From Bdellovibrionia bacterium (lineage in GTDB: Bacteria > Bdellovibrionota > UBA1018), in contig JBJMMA010000159.1 of NCBI GenBank assembly GCA_045805065.1, positions 1 through 21,335 on the forward strand: 21,335 nucleotides of DNA. Reading direction: 5' to 3'. Below the pieces are notes generated by a model. It was not told the origin of the DNA, searched no databases, and saw only the letters and a list, made by a program, of their open reading frames with translations. The position numbers and the translations under genes were made by a program. This document shows positions 1-8,825 of this stretch, one piece after another. Positions within the stretch are counted from its first letter, which is position 1; each line of letters opens with the position of its first letter.

Positions 1-624
1 AAGTACCCAAACCATTTTGTGGTTTCCTACATTAATTGCTCGGCTGCGATCAAAGCCCAAAGTGACGTCATCTGCACAAGCTCCAATGTCGTGAAGATCG
101 TGAACAAGATCCCAAAAGACCGCGGAATCATCTTTGCGCCAGACCGTAATCTTGGAGCCTACGTCGCCAAGCAAACCGGCCGCGAGATGGTCCTGTGGCA
201 GGGCGCCTGTATCGTTCACGAAACTTTCTCAGAAAGAAAGATCGCGGAGCTCCGAGTGCATCATCCAAAAGCCGAGCTCATCGCGCATCCTGAGTGCGAG
301 GACAGCCTGCTCTCCAAAGCAGATTTCATCGGAAGCACTTCTGCCCTTCTCAAGCACGTCATTGAGAGCCCGAAGAAAGAATTCATCATCGCAACCGAAG
401 AAGGCATTCTCCACCAGATGAGACAGAAAGCGCCAGGAAAGACCTTAATCCCTGCGCCACCGAACCAGAACTGCGCCTGCAATGAGTGCCCCTTCATGAA
501 GCTCAATACGCTTGAGAAAGTGTACCTGGCACTTCGCGACGAAAAGCCTGAGGTCGATGTTCCAGCCCCGCTTCGCGAAAAGGCCCTCAAGCCTCTCGAG
601 CGCATGCTGGAGTGGTCAGTATGA
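1..624 (+). CDS. nadA: Quinolinate synthase A, 5'-truncated by window edge
   Basis: Frame open from base 1. Motifs [33 protein letters not shown] and CNECPFMK (Fe-S ligand cysteines) are typical of NadA. Confidence 0.96.
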   Translation, partial: KYPNHFVVSYINCSAAIKAQSDVICTSSNVVKIVNKIPKDRGIIFAPDRNLGAYVAKQTGREMVLWQGACIVHETFSERKIAELRVHHPKAELIAHPECEDSLLSKADFIGSTSALLKHVIESPKKEFIIATEEGILHQMRQKAPGKTLIPAPPNQNCACNECPFMKLNTLEKVYLALRDEKPEVDVPAPLREKALKPLERMLEWSV

Positions 625-1835
625 GCGTTCAGGCAAAAGCCTCAATTCTTGCCATTGGAACCGAGCTCACTACAGGACAGATCACCAACCGCAACGCGGC
701 TTGGATGTCCGAGCGCCTGGTCAACTTAGGAATTGATGTCGTCCTTCATGAGACTGTTGCCGATGATCGCGCAGCGATTTTGCGTGCGCTGGATCGCTGC
801 TGGGAAACAAGTCGTCTTGTTTTTGTCTGCGGAGGACTGGGGCCCACGACCGATGATTTCACACGTGATGTGATTTCAGATTGGCTCAAACGCCCGCTCG
901 AGTTCTACGAGCCAAGCTGGATCAAGATTCAGAATCGCCTTCAGAAATTTGGAATCCCCGTTGCTCCATCCAATAAGCAGCAAGCTTTCTATCCGCAAGG
1001 CGCGGATGTCCTGAAAAACGCGCAAGGCACTGCGGATGGCTTTTCCTGCCAGATCGTGCGCAGCACGGGAGAGAGCGGTTCAGAAAAAGGCCGAATGTGG
1101 GTTCTTCCAGGCCCGCCTCGCGAGATCGAAGCCATCTGGCAAGACAACAATCTGGCTTCGATGATCTGCCGCGAACTTCCCGAGGGCATTGAACCCCTCA
1201 CGCTTCTCACCTGGGAATGCCTGGGAAAAAGCGAAGCCGAGCTCGGCGAGATCACTGAAGCCGCCGTTGCTGGAAGCGAACTTCAAACAGGATATCGCGC
1301 TCATCGCCCTTATGTCGAAGTGAAGCTTTGGATCCCTCAGTCTCAAATCGAAGCCCATCAGAAATGGATTTCAAAACTTGATGCAGCCATTGCTCCCTGG
1401 GTGGTCGTCAAAAATGGCAATGATCTCGGCAAACAGCTGGTAACACTTCTCAAGCGCGCGGACGAGATCGACATCATTGATGCCTGCACGGCTGGTTTTT
1501 TGATGGAGCGCCTGGGCCCGATCTTCAGAAGTCCAATGGGACGCGACGCTGCTCGCAATCTCAACGTAGCAACCGAGTGGGAGCCCCTCTCCTCGCCTGG
1601 CGACTGGGTCACGCAAGTTTTGTCAGAAGCAGACGACGGAGCACTGACCTTGGCAATCGCGGGCATCACTCCAAGCGGCCAATGGGCTGTGGGATTGAAA
1701 GAGAATGGCCGCTCTTATCAGGAAGTGCTTCAGTCACCTTGGAAAGATATCGAGCTCATTGAGCGTTCCCGAGCGTTTACGGTCGAGTTTGCCCTGAAAA
1801 AATGGCGGGACTGGCTAACTCAAAGCATGAGCTAG
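621..1835 (+). CDS. cinA: CinA-like competence/damage-inducible protein (COG1058 N-terminal domain plus degenerate PncC-like C-terminal domain)
   Basis: [29 protein letters not shown], NxxGTA and VLPGPPRE motifs. ATG at 621 overlaps the nadA stop (ATGA), so I prefer it to the ORF-track start at 612. Confidence 0.88.
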   Translation: MSVQAKASILAIGTELTTGQITNRNAAWMSERLVNLGIDVVLHETVADDRAAILRALDRCWETSRLVFVCGGLGPTTDDFTRDVISDWLKRPLEFYEPSWIKIQNRLQKFGIPVAPSNKQQAFYPQGADVLKNAQGTADGFSCQIVRSTGESGSEKGRMWVLPGPPREIEAIWQDNNLASMICRELPEGIEPLTLLTWECLGKSEAELGEITEAAVAGSELQTGYRAHRPYVEVKLWIPQSQIEAHQKWISKLDAAIAPWVVVKNGNDLGKQLVTLLKRADEIDIIDACTAGFLMERLGPIFRSPMGRDAARNLNVATEWEPLSSPGDWVTQVLSEADDGALTLAIAGITPSGQWAVGLKENGRSYQEVLQSPWKDIELIERSRAFTVEFALKKWRDWLTQSMS

Positions 1836-1843
1836 GCCTCAAA

Positions 1844-1862
1844 GCCTGTCGGCGAGACAGGC
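1844..1862. other. Short GC-rich hairpin after cinA (GCCTGTC-GGCGA-GACAGGC)
   Basis: Perfect 7-bp stem with no adjacent U-tract; a pause or stabiliser hairpin at most. Confidence 0.4.
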
Positions 1863-1888
1863 ATGCGGACTGCAGCTTTTATAGGCTG

Positions 1889-2347
1889 ATGCCAACTACT
1901 TTCTCACCTTGTACCGAATGCCGAAGTGTCAATCGAGTCGCTCTGGGTGGACATGAGCACCAGAAGCCTGTTTGCGGAAACTGCAGAGCAGCTCTTCCCA
2001 TTCATGGCGCAGTCAATGAGCTTACAGCCTCAGGGCTTCAGGCGTTGATCGATAAATCACCGATTCCGGTCGTGGCCGATTTCTGGGCGCCCTGGTGCGG
2101 TCCCTGTCGAGCCTTTGCTCCGGTCTTTGAGAGTGTGGCCGTTCAAATGGCGGGTGAAGTCGTCTTTGCCAAGGTCAATGCCGAGGACAATCCTCTGGCC
2201 GCCCAGACTTACGGAATTCGAGGAATCCCTACTCTGATTTTCTTTCAAAGCGGATTTGAGAGAGCGCGGCAATCCGGCGCATTAAATGCCGAAGTCCTGA
2301 CTCACTGGCTCAGGTCGCGTACCGCATCGTTTCAAAAATCGGCTTAG
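1889..2347 (+). CDS. trxC: Thioredoxin 2 (TrxC-type, N-terminal Zn finger)
   Basis: CTEC..NRV and CGNC zinc knuckles, DFWAPWCGPC active site, IRGIPT. Likely start is MPTTFSPC at 1889; the ORF-track start at 1802 overlaps cinA. Confidence 0.92.
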   Translation: MPTTFSPCTECRSVNRVALGGHEHQKPVCGNCRAALPIHGAVNELTASGLQALIDKSPIPVVADFWAPWCGPCRAFAPVFESVAVQMAGEVVFAKVNAEDNPLAAQTYGIRGIPTLIFFQSGFERARQSGALNAEVLTHWLRSRTASFQKSA

Positions 2348-2411
2348 GTCAAAAATCAGTAGCTCACCAAAATTGCTGCGCTCGGAAAAATCTTAGGATA
2401 TCCTCGTTCGC

Positions 2412-2660
2412 ATGAGCGATGAAAACAAAGACCTTCAAGCTGAACTCGAGAGACTTCGCGCCGAAAATAATGCGCTTAAGAAAACTTCCGCCAAAGGCTT
2501 AAGCCTGAAAGTCAGCGAAAAAGGCGCACTCTCCGTTTACGGACTGGGCCGCTTTCCTGTGACGCTCTACAAAGAGCAATGGATGAAGCTTCTGGGAATG
2601 GCGGACGATATCCGCGCATTCATCGAAGCGAACGACGCGCAGCTTAAAACTAAGCAGTAA
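2412..2660 (+). CDS. Small conserved hypothetical protein with N-terminal coiled coil
   Basis: LQAELERLRAENNALKK heptads followed by KVSEKGALSVYGLGRFPVTLYKEQW, which I recognise as a widespread uncharacterised family; clean ORF. Confidence 0.85.
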   Translation: MSDENKDLQAELERLRAENNALKKTSAKGLSLKVSEKGALSVYGLGRFPVTLYKEQWMKLLGMADDIRAFIEANDAQLKTKQ

Positions 2661-2692
2661 AAGCACAGCTTTTACAGCGAGCTTTTACTGCT
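2653..2692. repeat. Inverted repeat over the stop codon, with an internal direct repeat
   Basis: AGCAGTAAAAGC (2653-2664) is complementary to GCTTTTACTGCT (2681-2692). AGCTTTTAC(A/T)GC occurs at 2667 and 2680. Confidence 0.7.
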
Positions 2693-2708
2693 CAGACTTT
2701 GCCTTTGC

Positions 2709-2800
2709 GAATCTCCTGAATTGCAACCGATCATTGTCGCCTTTGAGGGAACGCCTTTAAGGGAACGGCGATTGCACACTCGCTTGCTTAAAGGAGATTC
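2709..2800 (+). promoter_or_regulatory. Putative structured 5' leader with anti-SD pairing and tandem AGGGA repeats
   Basis: GAATCTCCT (2709-2717) is complementary to AGGAGATTC (2792-2800), which contains the SD. 14-bp tandem CGCCTTT(G/A)AGGGAA at 2738 and 2752. Confidence 0.55.
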
Positions 2801-2805
2801 TTTCA

Positions 2806-3240
2806 ATGGCAACCCCAAACTCTAGCACCGAAAAAACCCCTTCTTCTCATTCATCCAGCAATAGCTCGGGCAATAGCTCGAGCTCTTCGAATTCCTCGAA
2901 CTCGTCGAATTCCTCAAGCTCGATGAGCAGCTCCATGCGCGACGCTTCTAACACGGCCCGCGATTCAATCCGCACCGTTCGTGACACCGCGAACCGCATG
3001 ACCGACACCGTGTCGGATCGCATGGGTTCGATGACCGATCGCATGAACGCTGATGAAGCTCGTGAAATGATGAACCGCGCTGGCGAGACGGCAACCGAGT
3101 TCTACGACAATGCTCAGGGCTGGATGCGCGACAACAGCAGAATGCTCTACATGGTCGGCGGATTCCTCGCAGTCGGCATTGTCGGCTACATGGTAGGCCG
3201 CACTTTCATGAACAACCGCTCGGACATTGAGAATTACTAA
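2806..3240 (+). CDS. Ser-rich, C-tail-anchored membrane protein (ElaB/YqjD-like architecture)
   Basis: SD AAGGAG; Ser/Asn low-complexity N-terminus, helical middle, then WMRDN followed by one TM helix (MLYMVGGFLAVGIVGYMVGR). Confidence 0.7.
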   Translation: MATPNSSTEKTPSSHSSSNSSGNSSSSSNSSNSSNSSSSMSSSMRDASNTARDSIRTVRDTANRMTDTVSDRMGSMTDRMNADEAREMMNRAGETATEFYDNAQGWMRDNSRMLYMVGGFLAVGIVGYMVGRTFMNNRSDIENY

Positions 3241-3259
3241 CGGTTAGTCCGAGAAAACT

Positions 3260-3646
3260 ATGATCTCCGATCTCAGAGAAGCCACACGCTCGATCAGCCG
3301 CATCGCGATCCTCCAAAGGGATCTCTATGTACTGAATGCCGAACTCAAGGCCATCGTTCAGGCCAAGCGCATTGCATGCGCAGTCGCTGGCCTTATTTTC
3401 CTCCAACTGGCAATCGGGCTTGGGCTTCTTTGGGTCGGGGTCATTCTTTATCGCTCAGGATTTTCAGCAGGCTCCGTGGCTCTACTCTCTTTTTTAGTTC
3501 CAGGCGCTGCAGCTGCACTTTTCTTTTATCTGGCCGATCAAATTGGAAAATCAGACTTGAAATCAGACCGGGTGAATCATGAGACTTCTGGATCTCGTCC
3601 GACCGATCAACGAACAGAAGAAGCGCGAGCTCGAACTTCAGCTTGA
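3260..3646 (+). CDS. Two-TM membrane protein (YqjE / holin-family-like)
   Basis: Amphipathic N-terminus (DLYVLNAELK) then two hydrophobic helices; sits after the YqjD-like gene. Confidence 0.6.
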   Translation: MISDLREATRSISRIAILQRDLYVLNAELKAIVQAKRIACAVAGLIFLQLAIGLGLLWVGVILYRSGFSAGSVALLSFLVPGAAAALFFYLADQIGKSDLKSDRVNHETSGSRPTDQRTEEARARTSA

Positions 3647-3866
3647 GCTGGAAAAGCAAAAGCTCAATCAAGCTACCGATCGCGCCGCAACGCAGATCCG
3701 CAGATCCGTCCTGGAGCGCCGTTGGTTTCACGAGCATCCGATGGAAACAACCATCCTGATTCTTCTCGGTGGTTTTTGCGTTGCACGTTGGGCGGATAGT
3801 CAATTATCCGCGCGCTCAAAAGAGCGTCCACGCTCCGATCTTGACTTGGGCGGTGCACTCAGGTGA
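3579..3866 (+). CDS. Small membrane-associated hypothetical protein (YqjK-like position)
   Basis: Coiled coil KKRELELQLELEKQKL, then HP and a hydrophobic helix; overlaps the previous gene. Confidence 0.6.
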   Translation: MRLLDLVRPINEQKKRELELQLELEKQKLNQATDRAATQIRRSVLERRWFHEHPMETTILILLGGFCVARWADSQLSARSKERPRSDLDLGGALR

Positions 3867-3878
3867 CCTTGGGCTTAA

Positions 3879-4601
3879 ATGAGCTCACTCCCCCAACATC
3901 TTAGCGGTAAAACAGCACAAGGCATCATCGAAGGCGAACCGATCGCGCAGTTTGAGATCGGTCACATGCAGAACTTCATCTACCTTCTCATCGACTGGGA
4001 CTCACGCGAATGCGCCATCGTTGATCCTTGGGTTGAAATCGCGCCTGTCATCGAAGCGATCCATGCCCATCAGCTCAAGCCGGTCAGCATCCTTCTCACC
4101 CACACTCATCACGATCACGTGGGTGGCGTTGGAGAGCTCCTCGACAAATATCCCGACATGCAAGTCATTCTGAATGAGCTCGATATGCATCGACTTAAAG
4201 AAGGCATCCGCAAGTCAGGCAAACTCAAATACGTCAAAGACGGCGACAGCCTGAAGGTTGGATCCATTCCGATTGAAGTCATGCACACACCAGGTCACAG
4301 CACGGGAGAATGCAGCTACTACATTCCAGCCGCAGACTCCAAAGAGTCTGGCGACGAGCGCCCCTATCTCTTCACAGGCGACACGATCTTTATCCGCGAC
4401 TGCGGCCGCACCGACTTTGCCGGCGGAAACGTGCTCGATATGTTTGACTCCATCCAACGAGTCAAAAAGCTTCCTCAGCGCACGGTGATTCTGGTCGGGC
4501 ATCACTATCAGCCCGAGGTCGCATCCACCATCGCGAACGAGATGGTCGATAGCCCACCGTTTCGCTGCAAGAATGCGCAAGAGCTTGAGGCTTTGCCCTA
4601 A
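3879..4601 (+). CDS. MBL-fold metallo-hydrolase (glyoxalase II / ETHE1-like)
   Basis: VDP, THTHHDH, HTPGH, LFTGDT, CGRTD and GHHY motifs. Confidence 0.92.
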   Translation: MSSLPQHLSGKTAQGIIEGEPIAQFEIGHMQNFIYLLIDWDSRECAIVDPWVEIAPVIEAIHAHQLKPVSILLTHTHHDHVGGVGELLDKYPDMQVILNELDMHRLKEGIRKSGKLKYVKDGDSLKVGSIPIEVMHTPGHSTGECSYYIPAADSKESGDERPYLFTGDTIFIRDCGRTDFAGGNVLDMFDSIQRVKKLPQRTVILVGHHYQPEVASTIANEMVDSPPFRCKNAQELEALP

Positions 4602-4604
4602 TAA

Positions 4605-6413
4605 CTATGGAGTCACTGAAGAGTCGCTGGACTCTTCGGCGTCTTCTTCAGCAGCCTCGTCTGGGTGCGCAGCTTTCCAGCGGGCTTCCGCTTCTTTCTT
4701 CTCGCGGGCACGTTGTGCTTTCATATCCTCAATCACAGGAGCAGCTTGTGCATCGTCATGCGCGTCTTCAAGCTCTCGTCCAGGGGCATTATTGATGCCG
4801 GCGCGAATGACCTTTCCACTCAATGTGGAACCGCCATGAATCGCCTTCTTGCCTGCGGCCTTAACTTGATCCATCGCTGTAGGCTTTTCTGGATCGTTTG
4901 CAGCGCCACCGCGGGCGCCTTTCACGTCAGAAAGACTTTCGGGCTGGGGCTGTTTTTTGACTTTTCTTTTCAGCTCTCGCGCCTTAATTGCTGTCTTTTC
5001 AACGGCATTTTTAACTTTTTCGGAAGCTGCACCTAGCTTCTCGCCTACCCGTTGTCCCACAGACGGAGTCGTTGCTGCCGAGCTTGCTGTTGAGTTTGCT
5101 GCGGTGTTCGCTGAGGTATTAGTTGCCGTATTAGTTGCCGTATTAGTTGCCGTATTCGCTGCCGAGTTTGCAGTTGAATTAGCACCCAGTGCGTCGTTGG
5201 CAGCCGCTTCTCCAGCGCCTTTAACGTTGCTCACGCCTGCGGCTTGCACCTGATTAGCGAGCGCGCGCGCTTCGGCCGCTTTTGCTGCACCCGTTCTATA
5301 GGCTTCTCCAACGGCCTTTGCGGACTGACCGGCTGCGGTCTCACCCACAGCTGTTGCCGCTGCCTTCGCGCCCTTGCTTGCGCCATTCACAGCTGCAGCC
5401 GTAGCTGCGCTCATTCCCGTCTTTGCGGCCTGAATGCCCTTTCCAGCAACAAGATAGGCGGGATTTAAAACTTTGCCCGTCAGAATAGCTAAACCCACCT
5501 TAGGAAGAATCTGACAAACGCGAACCGTTTGCTCTTCGTTATTAAAGCATCCGTAGTCGTCAAAATTTTCGGTCGCGTAGCGCCAAGCGCCGGCTACCAT
5601 CTTTTCAATCACGCCAAAGAGAAGCGGATCTTCGCTCCAGGCATCTCCCACCGCTCTTGCAGCGTTGGCCATACCGGACTTCCATCCTGCTTTGTGCATG
5701 TTTTCGGCTTGCTTGCTGGCGAAGGATTTAAACTTCTCATAAAGAAGCTTCATGCCATCGAGCTCGAGCATGAGCTGTTTGATCACGCCCGTCGCGCAAT
5801 CTTTGAAATGCGGCGAGAACATGAAGTAAGCGACGAAGTTCTTTTCGTTCGGCTTTCTGCGCTGAGCCTCCGGAATCTTGAAGCAGGAATCATCTTCTTT
5901 CTGCGTTGGAGTCGCGACGACTTTTGAGACATCAACCGCTAAGTTTCTTGCGGCTGGAGCGGGATTTGATACTGGGGCACAAGGCGCGGACTTGCTATCA
6001 CTCAGAGCCGATAGCACCGCCCCCGTAAAGCCCAGGTAAGCACTGTTTTCCGCGTATCGGCCGCATGCACTTTCCGCAGGCGCATTGATCGCGTCTTTTC
6101 CGCAGTGATATTTCTTTCCAATGTATTTCCAATACTCGGCCTGGTCATCGACAGCCTGCTTGTAGATTTTGTCCGTACAAGTAGAAGAAGACGAACCACT
6201 CGACTTCTGCCAATCCCGCTTGATGGCATCCAGGTTCCAGAGCCTTGCACCCACATTACTGGATTCACGGTTTCCGCGGATCAGATAGCTGGATTGATCA
6301 ACCTGGCTCCAGCAGCCTGAATCGAGCGAAATAGATCCAGCACTCGCCTCAAAGGCAGCGGAATTGGTCAATGAAACGATGATAACCCCAAGGGCGATGT
6401 TTAGCTTCCGAAT
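4605..6413 (-). CDS. Large secreted hypothetical protein, Cys-rich N-terminal half and Ala/Thr/Asn low-complexity C-terminal half; probable ATT start
   Basis: The 588-aa ORF extends 14 codons upstream to an ATT preceded by AGAGGT at 7 nt, restoring the signal peptide MRKLNIALGVIIVSLTNSAAFEASA. An in-frame TGA lies 8 codons further upstream. Confidence 0.8.
   Translation of the reverse strand: MRKLNIALGVIIVSLTNSAAFEASAGSISLDSGCWSQVDQSSYLIRGNRESSNVGARLWNLDAIKRDWQKSSGSSSSTCTDKIYKQAVDDQAEYWKYIGKKYHCGKDAINAPAESACGRYAENSAYLGFTGAVLSALSDSKSAPCAPVSNPAPAARNLAVDVSKVVATPTQKEDDSCFKIPEAQRRKPNEKNFVAYFMFSPHFKDCATGVIKQLMLELDGMKLLYEKFKSFASKQAENMHKAGWKSGMANAARAVGDAWSEDPLLFGVIEKMVAGAWRYATENFDDYGCFNNEEQTVRVCQILPKVGLAILTGKVLNPAYLVAGKGIQAAKTGMSAATAAAVNGASKGAKAAATAVGETAAGQSAKAVGEAYRTGAAKAAEARALANQVQAAGVSNVKGAGEAAANDALGANSTANSAANTATNTATNTATNTSANTAANSTASSAATTPSVGQRVGEKLGAASEKVKNAVEKTAIKARELKRKVKKQPQPESLSDVKGARGGAANDPEKPTAMDQVKAAGKKAIHGGSTLSGKVIRAGINNAPGRELEDAHDDAQAAPVIEDMKAQRAREKKEAEARWKAAHPDEAAEEDAEESSDSSVTP
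5116..5156. repeat. 12-bp in-frame tandem repeat (GTATTAGTTGCC) x3.4 encoding ATNT repeats
   Basis: Exact copies at 5116, 5128 and 5140, partial copy at 5152. Confidence 0.95.
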
Positions 6414-6964
6414 GGGTGATACCTCTTGAGGATTTCAGCCACTTGCGCGCGATCCCTGGCCTTTGGCCCTGCAAGCTCGCTGTAATTGATTTGGCCGTAG
6501 CCATCCTTAAGAAAGTATTTCCATTCCTCGAATCGGATCAGCTCGCCTTTTGCGCTCTGATAAGTTCCGATGAGAACGATTTTGTGACCGTTGGAAAGCT
6601 TCGCGCGTTCGAGCTTCTCCACTTTCCAATCCTTGATGCCTGCAAACTGATTGGGAATCTCGCTTGCAGACTTCGTCACTTCGATAAACTCTTTGTCATT
6701 ACTTGTTGGGACATCTCCCTTGATGGAATCATCTTCCATTGTCGAGATGTAGGCTTTGCGATCCGCTTCGCCTTTCCAGCTTCGGACACTTCCGAAAGTC
6801 TGGCCCTGCGTCCAGCCTGCAGGCGCGCTAAAGAGCGCTTCCGCGGCAAACGCTTCTTGCGCAAATGCAGAAAGTCGCGTCTGGGAGGCAACCATCAGAC
6901 CCAGGGCCGCAAGCCCTGCCAGACTGATGATGCTGATTCTCCCGAGACGCGACTTTTGCTTCAT
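6401..6964 (-). CDS. Secreted hypothetical protein, possible PsbP/DcrB-like alpha/beta fold
   Basis: SD AGGTG 6 nt before ATG at 6964; signal peptide ending in AFA; the FSAPAGW start of the mature domain resembles PsbP/DcrB-like proteins (fold is inference). Confidence 0.8.
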   Translation of the reverse strand: MKQKSRLGRISIISLAGLAALGLMVASQTRLSAFAQEAFAAEALFSAPAGWTQGQTFGSVRSWKGEADRKAYISTMEDDSIKGDVPTSNDKEFIEVTKSASEIPNQFAGIKDWKVEKLERAKLSNGHKIVLIGTYQSAKGELIRFEEWKYFLKDGYGQINYSELAGPKARDRAQVAEILKRYHPFGS

Positions 6965-7022
6965 TTGAACCACCTAGTTTTTACAACCAGAGGACTAATC
7001 GTTTGGACAATCAGGTCAGCGA

Positions 7023-8786
7023 TTACTTCGCTGCCTTAGGGTTCACGCAAGCACCTTCTGCTTCGCGAAGAGCTTTGTCTTCTTCAGCAGCAGCTGCCTT
7101 CATGCAGGCCGCGCCTTTGCACTTGCCTTCAGCTTCGAGGCGTTGTGCAACGCGAGGATGAGCGTCCAAGAGGACGTCTTCCACTTGAGCCAAGTCTTCA
7201 CCCTTCAAGCTTCCGGATTGTTCCATCCGATCGAGGTCTTTTCTCAGCGCGAGGTTGATCTCGCGAGCTGCCATGACTTCGGGGCTGGTCAGGTTTGCAC
7301 CCAAGTTCGTGCGATAATCTGCGCTCTTTGCAGCCAGGGTCTCAAGGCCGTCAGCAAACTTCTTAGGATCCTTGGACTTCATCATGAGACGAGCCAGGCC
7401 TTCTTTTGCAGACTTGGTCTTGGAGACAAGAGCCTTAGCAATCGTTGGAGCTGCCTTACCGACAACTGCACCACCTGCCAAGAAACCACCTTGCATCAAG
7501 GCAGTGTTTCTCACCCAGTGATCCGCAGCTTCTTGAGCTTCAGCGTATTGCTTAGCATCAACGACATCTTCTTCCTTACCTTTTTCGACACCGATCTTAG
7601 CCACTTGCTTGAAGGTATCTTCAGCCTTGGCTTGGACCTTTTGGTAATCGTTATAGGTCATCGCTGCGCCAACCCATCCGCCGGAGGCCATGGATGCTAA
7701 CGAAAGCATCTTGCCCGCGCCCGTGAGCTTGGTTGCAGCGCCTGCACCTGCGCCAGTGACGGCGAAGGCAGCAAAGCTTGCGCCCATCTTTTCCCACTCA
7801 AGCTTATGCATCCACTGAGTTGCAGCAATTGCAGCACCGCAATCTTGTGGGTTCTTGGCGAGATACTTTTCCATCTCAGGAGTGAGCGTTGCGTAGTACA
7901 TCAAGTCACGCTCATTCTTGTCAAAGGTTGGCATCATGTCGCGAGTGCTGAACGCTGGGAACGTCACCGTGCCCTTGGCGATCGCCTTCTCGGTCACATC
8001 TTTTTCATGCTGTGCATCTTGAATCAGACGATCGATCGTCTTTGACCACTCGCCATTGGACCATTCAGGAGATCCGTTTGCGGAAGCCCCGCTTGGCTTT
8101 GGCAAGTAGGCTACAAGGTACAAACCGTTCTTTTGGATCCCGTTAGAAAGGGTGCTCGCATAGTCTGCCTTTGCAGCAGCTTCGATTTCCTTTTCCTTGG
8201 CGCCGTTTCTAGCAACGCCGTCGTTATAAACTTCGAATTCGGATTTTTGAAGATTGCCCGTCACTGCTTCAGGGAAAGCATTTGGAATGAACGGAAGCTT
8301 GGAGCTGGTGAATGGCTTGAGCTCCGAGCTGATTTGATGCTTTCCGTCTTTGCTGGAAAGATTGGAGCGAGCCAGATTCTTTCTCAAGTCGCCGACGAAT
8401 GCACCGTACTGACCCTTGATCTCATCAACCTTCTTCTTACAGTCAGCCGATGGGCTTGAGCTCTCGAAGCACTTCTTGGTTTCAACCCAGTACTTCGTTC
8501 TCTTATCGAGATCTTTCAGATACTGATCTTTAGCAACGTCGCCGAGCATCGCGCCGATCTTTGCAGCTTCCAAGGAGCTGCTGAGATTCGCGCCAATTTT
8601 TGGAGTCGCGACTTCGACGGCAGCAGCGCAGCCCTTGGCTTCAAGAGCTTTCTTCTCTGCGTCCGTCTTGACGATCCTGACGTTCTTACAAGCTTGAAAA
8701 GGGACCGCGTCCTCAGCCATTGCTGGAGCGAGAGGGCTTGCAGCCATCACCGCGGTCATCGTGATCCATCCGAGATTTTTCTTCAT
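7023..8786 (-). CDS. Large secreted hypothetical protein with paired Cys and internal Gly/Ala-rich hydrophobic segments
   Basis: SD GGAGA; signal peptide MKKNLGWITMTAVMAASPLAPAMA; 587-aa ORF. Confidence 0.88.
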   Translation of the reverse strand: MKKNLGWITMTAVMAASPLAPAMAEDAVPFQACKNVRIVKTDAEKKALEAKGCAAAVEVATPKIGANLSSSLEAAKIGAMLGDVAKDQYLKDLDKRTKYWVETKKCFESSSPSADCKKKVDEIKGQYGAFVGDLRKNLARSNLSSKDGKHQISSELKPFTSSKLPFIPNAFPEAVTGNLQKSEFEVYNDGVARNGAKEKEIEAAAKADYASTLSNGIQKNGLYLVAYLPKPSGASANGSPEWSNGEWSKTIDRLIQDAQHEKDVTEKAIAKGTVTFPAFSTRDMMPTFDKNERDLMYYATLTPEMEKYLAKNPQDCGAAIAATQWMHKLEWEKMGASFAAFAVTGAGAGAATKLTGAGKMLSLASMASGGWVGAAMTYNDYQKVQAKAEDTFKQVAKIGVEKGKEEDVVDAKQYAEAQEAADHWVRNTALMQGGFLAGGAVVGKAAPTIAKALVSKTKSAKEGLARLMMKSKDPKKFADGLETLAAKSADYRTNLGANLTSPEVMAAREINLALRKDLDRMEQSGSLKGEDLAQVEDVLLDAHPRVAQRLEAEGKCKGAACMKAAAAEEDKALREAEGACVNPKAAK

Positions 8787-8825
8787 AGGCTATATTTTCT
8801 CCAGAATAAGAACTTATCCATGACC

